From the IMG/VR virus record IMGVR_UViG_3300024520_000458, positions 1 through 25,437 of that record: DNA of 25,437 nt; one strand, written 5' to 3'. Source of the DNA: a virus. Lineage: Duplodnaviria; Caudoviricetes. The position numbers were made by a program, and so were the translations under genes. Shown in pieces: positions 1 through 7,057 of this stretch; within the stretch, counting starts at the first letter, position 1, and each line of letters begins with the position of its first letter. The notes under the pieces are model-generated. The model was given only the letters and a program-made list of their open reading frames with translations, had not been told where the DNA came from and searched no databases.

Positions 1-65
1 TCCTCGGAATGATCCTCTAGCACCAGTAGCCAGTCTCCTGTCGGGATTGCGCTGCTCGTCATCAT
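1..65 (-). CDS. 5' part of a hypothetical protein running off the left edge (MMTSSAIPTGDWLLVLEDHSE...)
   Basis: ATG at 65-63 directly abuts the TAA of the NrdR-like gene; the frame stays open to position 1. Confidence 0.5.
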   Translation of the reverse strand, partial: MMTSSAIPTGDWLLVLEDHSE

Positions 66-257
66 TTATAGTCCTACCTCTCTAAGCACCCTCACCGCCT
101 GTGCTAGTCTGTCGAGCCTCTTCAACTCTTGCTGTGTTATCTCGTAAGTCGTGAATCTCTCGAAGCATTCAAGGCACTCTCGCCGACGCCTGACCCTACC
201 CTCTCGGGCGCGTGTGTCAAGCACCTGGCTCTTCCCCCTGCACTCGGGGCAGTTCAC
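66..257 (-). CDS. NrdR-like N-terminal zinc-ribbon protein (no ATP cone)
   Basis: CPEC...VLDTR...RVRRRRECLECFERFTTYE matches the NrdR Zn-ribbon signature. Start moved to GTG 257, giving a GTGA overlap with the RusA stop. Confidence 0.85.
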   Translation of the reverse strand: MNCPECRGKSQVLDTRAREGRVRRRRECLECFERFTTYEITQQELKRLDRLAQAVRVLREVGL

Positions 258-775
258 AGCTTCCGCACCCTTACCTTGCACCCGCCGACAGCGTCAAGCG
301 TTGCAGCGAAGCGCTTGCTTGAAAGCCACTTGATTATCTGCGAGTCATCCTTGCACACCCTACCACTGAGCGCGTCACCTAAGGCCCGCTGCAGCTTGTC
401 TAAGTCTTCTTGCGGAATAGTGGGGGCGCCCTTCCGAAGGCCCTTCTTGTTGAAGTGTGAGGGGCTACGCGGGAAGATGAACTCGGCTTCCACCTCGACG
501 GCTCCGAGCATCACATCGCTGACCCCCATCTGAACGCTCGCGGCATAGCTGAGTAGGTCCCGCCAACGCCTGAGAGCCCCAGATTTCCGGGACTTAGTTG
601 TCATGTTCATCGACTCGATCATCGTCACCATTGGGTTCTTCACCCATGTGTCCCGGCCCTCTCGCCTCCGCTGGCCTGTGACTCGGGCGACCTTCGAGCC
701 CTGGCAGAGGGGCTTCCCCGAGACCTCGAATGAGATCTCAGGGCACGCCTCAACAACTAGGGGGAGTTGAGTCAC
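254..775 (-). CDS. rusA: RusA-like Holliday junction resolvase
   Basis: F-x-V-x-G-x-P-x-x-QGSK at the N-terminus; DLDKLQRALGDAL and DDSQI catalytic motifs. Confidence 0.88.
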   Translation of the reverse strand: MTQLPLVVEACPEISFEVSGKPLCQGSKVARVTGQRRREGRDTWVKNPMVTMIESMNMTTKSRKSGALRRWRDLLSYAASVQMGVSDVMLGAVEVEAEFIFPRSPSHFNKKGLRKGAPTIPQEDLDKLQRALGDALSGRVCKDDSQIIKWLSSKRFAATLDAVGGCKVRVRKL

Positions 776-1062
776 AGGGCTAGCCTTGCCGCTACGGCCA
801 CTATGGCATCTTGGTATGTGGCATCCAACTCCTGCATATGCGCCGACAGCTCATCAAAAGGGATCAGAGACCTATGCTTCGGGTCTCCCATTCCCGCCGT
901 CCATGCTGACCAGGCGTCGTGCACATCTTCCCTGCTTGTCTTAGTACCCTTGACCAGGCAGAGCACCGCATAGATGCGTAGTAGTAACGCATCGGACCCC
1001 GCTGACATCATCATGCCGCAGCGGTCTCCGATGTCCTTGGCTATCTCGTCGATATAGTTCAA
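772..1062 (-). CDS. Small protein with RyR (ryanodine-receptor repeat)-like motif
   Basis: VHDAWSAW...HRSLIPFDELS..MQELD resembles the H-x-x-W / HP-x-LVPY-x-EL...D pattern of RyR-repeat proteins. TTG start; overlaps both neighbours by 4 nt. Confidence 0.6.
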   Translation of the reverse strand: MNYIDEIAKDIGDRCGMMMSAGSDALLLRIYAVLCLVKGTKTSREDVHDAWSAWTAGMGDPKHRSLIPFDELSAHMQELDATYQDAIVAVAARLAL

Positions 1063-1406
1063 CCGATCTCCCCGACAACCTCAAGCACGGGCTTCTTCGC
1101 GTTGACGACAGTCAGCACGTCATCGTGCCGAATCTTGAACACCTTCTCTTGATCTCCGTCTGCGTACCCGTAGACGTGATTCTCATCAGCGTCGGGCTCA
1201 AGGCTCCCGGCCTCCATGTACTTGAGCATCAGGGACTTGACTACGGACTTGGCGAACGACGCCTTGTCCTTTGCCTTCTTCTCTGCCTTTTGCGCCTTCA
1301 GGTGTGCCGAGCAGGCGTCATCTAACTCAGGTATCGAGGGCTTCTCGAACCCGTCGAGTTCCCCCTGTGTTTTGCCGTTGCTCTTCTTCGATTTGCTTCT
1401 TGCCAT
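1059..1406 (-). CDS. Hypothetical phage protein (Lys-rich N-terminus, helical core)
   Basis: GGAGG 9 nt upstream of the ATG; stop coupled to the next gene. Confidence 0.75.
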   Translation of the reverse strand: MARSKSKKSNGKTQGELDGFEKPSIPELDDACSAHLKAQKAEKKAKDKASFAKSVVKSLMLKYMEAGSLEPDADENHVYGYADGDQEKVFKIRHDDVLTVVNAKKPVLEVVGEIG

Positions 1407-1554
1407 TTTCTCGGGCCTCCAGGATTGCGTCAGCTATCACCTCTCGATGTAGCCGCCGTGATTTGATGTACTCGCCTCTGGCCTCACAATCGAGGGCCAC
1501 CAAACGAGTAACGTTTCGCCATGCTTCACCGTGTGATTTATCTGTAGTCTTCAT
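1327..1554 (-). CDS. Hypothetical protein; overlaps the next gene by 80 nt
   Basis: ATG-initiated 75-aa ORF in operon orientation, filling an otherwise empty gap. Confidence 0.5.
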   Translation of the reverse strand: MKTTDKSHGEAWRNVTRLVALDCEARGEYIKSRRLHREVIADAILEARENGKKQIEEEQRQNTGGTRRVREALDT

Positions 1555-1584
1555 AACAATTGCCGCCTTGCGTTAGGAATTGTG

Positions 1585-1833
1585 TCAAGGATTTTGTAGG
1601 GGCCGAATCCTTGTGATGTGGGCAGGATAGGCGAACGGTGTGAACTTTTTTCTGAAAACCGTGTTACACATGTGTCCATACTCGCTCTGCGAGCTTCTGA
1701 CGATAGGGTGAACTTCCCCAAGGCAAGAGATGATGATGCGAAGTTGAGGCAAGGTTAAGACCTTTCCGAAACGCCCCTTCGAGACTGCCTTGATTGATCT
1801 CAGGAGTGAGATGGTAAGGGGGGAAGAGATCAA
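1585..1833 (-). CDS. Doubtful 82-aa ORF; the region may be non-coding or regulatory
   Basis: TTG start overlaps the primase stop, but there is no recognisable motif and the region is AT-richer with several inverted repeats. Confidence 0.25.
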   Translation of the reverse strand: MISSPLTISLLRSIKAVSKGRFGKVLTLPQLRIIISCLGEVHPIVRSSQSEYGHMCNTVFRKKFTPFAYPAHITRIRPLQNP

Positions 1834-2807
1834 GCTAAGCCCCGATCCGATCTGAGCATGTGATCGTTGAGGTCATTGCAGCCCTCGTCAACGTCGAAGC
1901 GCTGCACTGACATAGGGCTGACCCCTGCCTCGATCGCTGCTTCCCTTGCCTTCGTCATAGCCCCTTCCCCCGCTTCGTCCTGATGAGTCACTAGTAGCAG
2001 ACTGGCGTTAGTCCCTGCAATAACCTTTGCCGCTACTTCGGCAACGTAGGCCAGATTATTACAGCCGTGAGCGCCGAGCACTAGGGTGTCGGGCCTCATC
2101 TGCCTCGCGCTCAGGTAGTCGAAGAAGCCCTCGACGATGACCACGCATCCGTACTCTCCCCTCTTCCTCACGGGCCGTCCAAACGTACCCCGTGTCCCAC
2201 ATCGATCGAGGCCTCTAATCTTCGGCTGCCCCTTGTCGAAGCGCCGCCCGACGATGTTCACTACCTCGTTGTCACGCCATAGGGGCAGGCACACTGACTT
2301 GGGGGTGAAGCGCAACTCTCGCCCCGCTTGCTGAGGGAGAACCCCCCTCGACGCTACATACTCTCGCCCCAAGTCGCTGTGCTTCCTGAGCTTGTCCCAA
2401 ACCTGGCGCGCGCCTCTCTCGGCAATTGCCTTCTCTGCCGCAAGCTTCACGTTCCGGTCACTCATGAGCCTCTTCCGCTGTTTTAAGCGTGCCTTGAGCT
2501 CTGAGGCGTCGTAGTCGCCCCCAACTCCTGCGAGGGCCGCACAGGCCTCTAGGATGCGCCTGAAGTGCTTGATGTGATCGAGGTCCATCAGTACCCCCAT
2601 CACAGCGAAGACGTTCCCTGCGAACCCGCAAGCGTGGCACAGACAGACATCATCGGCAGCCGTGAACTTACCCCTTCCCCCCGTCCCGCATGAGGGGCAG
2701 TCGTTGTAACGTGCCTCACCCTTATGAGATCTCACCTCAAACCCGTGAGCCTCAAGCAGCTCGGGGATCGTCAACAGGCCTTGTACCAGGTCGGCGTCGA
2801 TGCTCAT
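1830..2807 (-). CDS. DNA primase (N-terminal zinc-binding domain + TOPRIM)
   Basis: CPSC...CHAC zinc finger, YVASRGV, VVNIVGR, VIVEGFFDYLS, HQDEAG, NDLND. Start at ATG 2807 (ATGA overlap). Confidence 0.88.
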   Translation of the reverse strand: MSIDADLVQGLLTIPELLEAHGFEVRSHKGEARYNDCPSCGTGGRGKFTAADDVCLCHACGFAGNVFAVMGVLMDLDHIKHFRRILEACAALAGVGGDYDASELKARLKQRKRLMSDRNVKLAAEKAIAERGARQVWDKLRKHSDLGREYVASRGVLPQQAGRELRFTPKSVCLPLWRDNEVVNIVGRRFDKGQPKIRGLDRCGTRGTFGRPVRKRGEYGCVVIVEGFFDYLSARQMRPDTLVLGAHGCNNLAYVAEVAAKVIAGTNASLLLVTHQDEAGEGAMTKAREAAIEAGVSPMSVQRFDVDEGCNDLNDHMLRSDRGLA

Positions 2808-3031
2808 TGTTTCCTCTCCCATTCTAGCCTGCTGAGGAGTAGCTCACAGTAGGCACACTCGCACACGCCGTCACCTACCCAGTCGAGGTAGGCATCCGTG
2901 CCGCGCTCCTCTAGCACATCCAGCGCAACAGAGATCTCCTCTTCCGATAGCTTTCTTGCTCCGCTGAAGTCTTCCCTGAGCCCATCAGCAAAGTTCCCCG
3001 CACGCCTGTCGTTCTGCTCAACTAACTTCAT
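2804..3031 (-). CDS. Hypothetical protein with C-x-C-x-x-C motif
   Basis: ATGA overlaps at both ends when started at 3031. Confidence 0.7.
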   Translation of the reverse strand: MKLVEQNDRRAGNFADGLREDFSGARKLSEEEISVALDVLEERGTDAYLDWVGDGVCECAYCELLLSRLEWERKQ

Positions 3032-3222
3032 CGCGCCCACTCACAGGAAAAAGTGATTCCAAATATCTTGGCCATCGCTTCAGCCTCTACGACCCACATC
3101 TTCCCCTCGTGATGCAGCTTCTTATGCACGGCAGACTCAGAGATTCCGAGCAGTTTGCCGAGTTGTTCATAGGTCAGGGGCGATTGGTCCATTGCCTCAA
3201 GCAGTACTTTTCTGATCTTCAT
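3028..3222 (-). CDS. Cro/XRE-family helix-turn-helix regulator
   Basis: LTYEQLGKLLGISESAVHKKL HTH; first gene of the leftward unit; probable start ATG 3222. Confidence 0.85.
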   Translation of the reverse strand: MKIRKVLLEAMDQSPLTYEQLGKLLGISESAVHKKLHHEGKMWVVEAEAMAKIFGITFSCEWAR

Positions 3223-3317
3223 AGGTGTCACACTTGCACAGGAGGAAAGTTTCATCAAGTTTCGAATAGCTCATTTTGCTCTTGCGAACTGTCATAGGGT
3301 GCGCGTAGGGTGATCTC
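3223..3317. promoter_or_regulatory. Divergent promoter/control region; candidate rightward sigma70-type promoter TTGCGA(3282-3287)-18 nt-TAGGGT(3306-3311)
   Basis: Only divergent intergenic gap in the window. Direct repeats AAGTTTC (3247, 3257) and TAGGGTG (3295, 3306). Confidence 0.55.
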
Positions 3318-3623
3318 ATGAGCGACACATCATACAAGGCAACAGGGACAGTCACCGACATTCGAAATGAGCAGGTCATCACCGACAAGTTCACAAAACA
3401 AGAGTTCGTGATGACGACGCCCGGAGACTACCCCCAACACCTCATCTTTGAGGCATCAAACAAGCGCATCGAGACAATGGACGGGCTGTGCGTAGGTGAC
3501 AAGATTGAGGTGACTTTCAATCTTCAGGGCCGCTGCTGGGAGAAGGCGCCCGGCGACGTCAAGGTGTTCATCACGCTGAGCGTCTGGAAGATTAAGGTGC
3601 TTAAGGCGGAGTGGGAAGTATGA
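3318..3623 (+). CDS. DUF3127-family OB-fold protein, putative single-stranded DNA-binding protein
   Basis: FTKQEFV...YPQHLIFE...VGDKIEVTFNLQGRCW...FITLSVWKI is the characteristic DUF3127 pattern. Confidence 0.85.
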   Translation: MSDTSYKATGTVTDIRNEQVITDKFTKQEFVMTTPGDYPQHLIFEASNKRIETMDGLCVGDKIEVTFNLQGRCWEKAPGDVKVFITLSVWKIKVLKAEWEV

Positions 3624-4447
3624 TGAAACACGAGGTAACAGCAATCATGAATCGACCCCAGGGCCTAGTGCCCGCATCAATCTCTGAGGCTACGACAATG
3701 GCCGATCACCTGGCGAAGAGCGCCCTCGTCCCGAAGGAGTTCAGGGGCAGGCCTGCCGATGTGTTCCTCGCCATCACCTACGGCATCGAGTTGGGCCTCC
3801 CTCCTGTGACAGTGCTCAACTCTATCAGCGTCATTCAGGGGCGTCCAACGCTCTACGCTGCCTCGATGGTAGGGCTGTGTTGGGCCTCGGGTCTGTGCGA
3901 GAAGTTCGTCTGTGTTGAGCGCTCTGCTACAAAAGTGACGTACATGACGAAGCGCAAGGGCAACCCCGAGCAGAGCATGAGCTTCACAATAGAGGAGGCC
4001 AAAGACGCTAACCTACTGAGGAACGAGAACTACAAGAAGTATCCCGCTCGCATGTTGGAGGCTCGGTGTAAGGCCTTCCTTGCGAAGGACGTCTACCCTG
4101 ACGTGTTGAGGGGGATGATTAGCTCCGAAGAGGCGCAAGACTTGGAGCCTGCTATCGCTACTCATGTCGAGGCCTTTGAGGCGCCTGAGCCTGTTGCAGC
4201 GCCTGAGCCTGTTGGAGCCCTGTCCGAGGCGCTGCCCTCTAGGTATTTCGACGGCGAGGAACAGAGGATAGTCGATGTAGCCCTCGCTCAGCCCATCCTA
4301 ACGCCCGCTGACATGATTCGCGCTACTCAGACCCGAGAGGAGCAGATGACGCTCTTGAAGGGCCTAAAGGAGCTAGACAAGGGCTCTCAGGAGTATAGGG
4401 ATGCTATCGAAGCCTGGGGCGTGAAGACGGCGGAGTTCAAGGCATGA
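3620..4447 (+). CDS. RecT/Red-beta-like single-strand annealing protein
   Basis: LVPKEFRGRPADVFLAITYGIELGLPP..LNSISVIQGRP and YKKYPARML..R...DVYPDVLRG motifs. Start at 3620 (ATGA overlap). Confidence 0.85.
   Translation: MMKHEVTAIMNRPQGLVPASISEATTMADHLAKSALVPKEFRGRPADVFLAITYGIELGLPPVTVLNSISVIQGRPTLYAASMVGLCWASGLCEKFVCVERSATKVTYMTKRKGNPEQSMSFTIEEAKDANLLRNENYKKYPARMLEARCKAFLAKDVYPDVLRGMISSEEAQDLEPAIATHVEAFEAPEPVAAPEPVGALSEALPSRYFDGEEQRIVDVALAQPILTPADMIRATQTREEQMTLLKGLKELDKGSQEYRDAIEAWGVKTAEFKA
4181..4216 (+). repeat. In-frame 18-bp tandem duplication (APEPVA/APEPVG) in the annealase linker
   Basis: gcgcctgagcctgttgca / gcgcctgagcctgttgga. Confidence 0.9.
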
Positions 4448-5580
4448 TTAGCGCCTCAGCCCTGGCCCGCGTCATCGCCTGCCCCGGCTCCGAGGCCTTA
4501 CCTCAAGTAAAGCGGCACAGCACTTGGGCAGACTCAGGCATCGCTCGTCACCTCTACCTCTCGACAGTCGGCAAGGTCGGCAAAGAGAAGGCACTGCTCA
4601 CAGTCGACGAGGAGCACAGGCAGATGTGCGAGGACATTGACCTGACGGGGCTCCCGACGAAGCTAGCCCCCGAGGTCGCCTTCGCTTGGAACTGGCGTAC
4701 GGGTGAGGCCCGAGAGCTCGGGCGTGAGATGAATCGCGACTACTCAAAGCTGAAGCCCAACGAGATACCGGGGACGATTGATGCTCTCGGGCTGAGCTCA
4801 GGCTCGGCCTACCTGGGCGACTATAAAGGCTTCAATTACGTCAAGGCCAAGGAGAACCCTCAGCTACTCTTCGCGGCAATGTGTGCCTCGAAAGTCTACA
4901 ACAAGGACTCAGCCGTGCTCGAAATCATCAACATCCGAGACGGGAAGAACTTCCGCAACAAGGCCATCGTTGACGCCTTTGATTTGGCAGACTTTGAGAT
5001 GACTCTTCAGGGCGCGATTGGCAGGGTCGTGAAGCTGCAGAAGAAGGCTGCTGTTGCTGAGGGCCTGGGGCCTGTCCCTGTCACTGAGGGGGAGCACTGC
5101 CGCTACTGCCCGGCCTTTGACGCCTGCCCTGCGAAGATGGGGCTCCTTCGGCAGATGATGAAGACCTCAGGCTCCTCCGACCTAATCCGCATCACCTCCG
5201 AGAATGCCTTTGAGTTATACAGCAAATATCTACAGATGAAGGCCATGCTCAACAAGGTGCAGGGCGCCATCTTCGGATATGCCTCAGAGTTCCCGATTCC
5301 TCTCGGTGAAGGGCGCGTCTTCGGGGCTCGGACGAAGAAGGGCAACGAGCAGTTAGATGGGGATATCACCTACGAGGTCATCAGGGCTCAGCTAGGGCAA
5401 GGCCCCGCCGACATGGCAGTGACACGCAAGGCGACGAAGGCCGGTATCACTCGGGCTGTGAAGGCCCAGGAGCACAAGGGGCCTGTTGCTCCGTGTGTTG
5501 AGAGAATCCTTGAAGAGGTTCGCCTTCGAAATGGATCGACGAAGAAGGAAGGGACGGTAGTTGATGAGCACAAAGAGTAA
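4444..5580 (+). CDS. PD-(D/E)XK exonuclease, Cas4-like/DUF2800-type, with probable Fe-S staple
   Basis: ISASAL....CPGS, GIARH, GTIDAL, DYKG, NPQL, HCRYCPAFDACP (one N-terminal plus three C-terminal Cys). Confidence 0.85.
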   Translation: MISASALARVIACPGSEALPQVKRHSTWADSGIARHLYLSTVGKVGKEKALLTVDEEHRQMCEDIDLTGLPTKLAPEVAFAWNWRTGEARELGREMNRDYSKLKPNEIPGTIDALGLSSGSAYLGDYKGFNYVKAKENPQLLFAAMCASKVYNKDSAVLEIINIRDGKNFRNKAIVDAFDLADFEMTLQGAIGRVVKLQKKAAVAEGLGPVPVTEGEHCRYCPAFDACPAKMGLLRQMMKTSGSSDLIRITSENAFELYSKYLQMKAMLNKVQGAIFGYASEFPIPLGEGRVFGARTKKGNEQLDGDITYEVIRAQLGQGPADMAVTRKATKAGITRAVKAQEHKGPVAPCVERILEEVRLRNGSTKKEGTVVDEHKE

Positions 5581-5887
5581 GATTGACTGTGGCCATTGTG
5601 CAGTGGGTGAAGCTGTGTGCTTCGGCTGCCACGAGGGTGACGACAGCCCTATTGCTTTCGCCTGTGACGACTGCTGTGGCCACGGAAGCGAGGACGGATG
5701 GTGCTACCCTCTAGGGGAACTCGAGGACCAAATCAACAGGTATAGGGATGATTTCGCCATGCTCTACGGACTAAGGAACGCATGGCGTGATGCGGCAGAG
5801 GCTTTAGAGAAAGCCAACACAGCGGGGGGTCAGGCCCGCAACCTCCTGCGAGACGCATACGCCCTAGAAGGGAAGGAAGACCAATGA
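5564..5887 (+). CDS. Hypothetical Cys-rich (zinc-binding) protein with helical C-terminus
   Basis: CGHC, CFGC, CDDCC..H motifs (B-box-like spacing). Confidence 0.75.
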   Translation: MSTKSKIDCGHCAVGEAVCFGCHEGDDSPIAFACDDCCGHGSEDGWCYPLGELEDQINRYRDDFAMLYGLRNAWRDAAEALEKANTAGGQARNLLRDAYALEGKEDQ

Positions 5888-6177
5888 GTTCACAGTGCCT
5901 CAACGCCCAGATCCGAGAGCAACTCTACGCCCTTCGAGACCTAGTCGAAGCCCTTCGAGTCAACATAGAAGCCCGTGAAGCCGCTGCCCCAAAGCCGCTC
6001 TTCCGTAGCAAGCTACCCATTCACCGCTCACGCGACGCCTATCGAGAGAGGGCGCGCATGTGGAAGGAGATGTGTTTTGCTTGGAGGAAAGTGTGGCAGA
6101 AGCAGGGCAAGGGGCTGAGGGCCACCGAGAAGATGCACAGGGACGTCGTAGCGATGACACAAGAGGAGATTGACTAA
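5884..6177 (+). CDS. Hypothetical protein
   Basis: ATGA and TAATG coupling; GGAAGGA upstream. Confidence 0.75.
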   Translation: MSSQCLNAQIREQLYALRDLVEALRVNIEAREAAAPKPLFRSKLPIHRSRDAYRERARMWKEMCFAWRKVWQKQGKGLRATEKMHRDVVAMTQEEID

Positions 6178-6500
6178 TGGCATGGCAGGCGAGCAAGGCG
6201 TGGCACAAGGCCCACAGGCAGAAGATGAGGGCTGAGGATAGGTGCATCAGTTGTAGCGCCCCTGCTCTCGGCTATGCCAGGTGCGCCAGGTGTAGAGCGA
6301 GGGAGGCCTCAAACCTCAGAGCGAGGAGAGTGGCCGCAGCAGTCCCCCTGAGCAACCCTGCCGCGTACAACTCGGGACGCCTGTGCGGCGTGTGTCATCG
6401 GCAGGGGCACACCGCTAAGTGCTGCGTGAGTCAGCCCTGCGACCTGTGCGGGCAGACTGGGCATCGGTACGCTGACTGCCCCTTCGAGCCTACGCGATGA
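6177..6500 (+). CDS. Basic protein with a C4 zinc finger and two tandem CCHC zinc knuckles
   Basis: CISC..CARC, then CGVCHRQGHTAKCC and CDLCGQTGHRYADC (both C-x2-C-x4-H-x4-C). GAGGAG RBS. Confidence 0.85.
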   Translation: MAWQASKAWHKAHRQKMRAEDRCISCSAPALGYARCARCRAREASNLRARRVAAAVPLSNPAAYNSGRLCGVCHRQGHTAKCCVSQPCDLCGQTGHRYADCPFEPTR

Positions 6501-6568
6501 GTGTGTTGGCTATGGCTATGGGCTGCAACGCTTGCGGTGCCATGTATGATATTGAGGTGGAGATATGA
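6497..6568 (+). CDS. 23-aa microprotein MSVLAMAMGCNACGAMYDIEVEI (not in the ORF track)
   Basis: ATGA overlap with the upstream stop and ATGA overlap with the downstream start; contains CxxC. Confidence 0.55.
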   Translation: MSVLAMAMGCNACGAMYDIEVEI

Positions 6569-6816
6569 TTGAGAAAAAGCAGAAGATACGTCTACTAATG
6601 GCAGCGCTTGCCGAAAGCCTCACGAAGGCAATCGATGCAACAGACCTTGAGGAACTGCGCTTCATCCTAGTGCTCGCTGACCCCTCGGGGGTTGCAGATA
6701 CTGTCACCGACCTCGACCCGTCGAATGCCCTTCGTGTGGCTGAGGGGCTTCATCGGCAGGCAGCCCTGGCCCTCGACCGCGATCTCGAAAGTACTCCGGT
6801 CAAGGGCAATGCCTGA
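6565..6816 (+). CDS. Hypothetical protein
   Basis: GAGGTGGAG RBS; in operon orientation. Confidence 0.75.
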   Translation: MIEKKQKIRLLMAALAESLTKAIDATDLEELRFILVLADPSGVADTVTDLDPSNALRVAEGLHRQAALALDRDLESTPVKGNA

Positions 6817-7057
6817 GTCTTGGCAACAACCCCCAGCCGGCCCTGACAAGGAAGAGTGCTCAGAGTGCTCAGGCGAGGGAGGCTTCGACGGTGACAACAT
6901 CTGCTCACACGCGTGCGATTATTGCGGGGGCTGCTTCAATCATCACCCCTGTGAGCGCTGTAGGGGCACAGGGGAGCAGCTAGCTGAGTGCGTGGAGTGT
7001 GGCGGTGAAGTTGTCTTAGGCGCCTGTATGGATCGGGCTACGGAGGAATGTGGATAG
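6809..7057 (+). CDS. DnaJ-type (CxxCxGxG) zinc-finger protein
   Basis: CSECSGEG, CDYCGG, CERCRGTG, CVECGG. Start moved to ATG 6809. Confidence 0.75.
   Translation: MPESWQQPPAGPDKEECSECSGEGGFDGDNICSHACDYCGGCFNHHPCERCRGTGEQLAECVECGGEVVLGACMDRATEECG

Noticed and set aside
1660-1680. ACACATGTGT as an NrdR box
   Set aside because: It is palindromic but lacks the 16-bp length and central ATAT core of the NrdR consensus.
4444-5580. Cas4-like nuclease as evidence of a CRISPR-Cas locus
   Set aside because: No repeat-spacer array or other cas genes are visible; the context is a phage recombination module.
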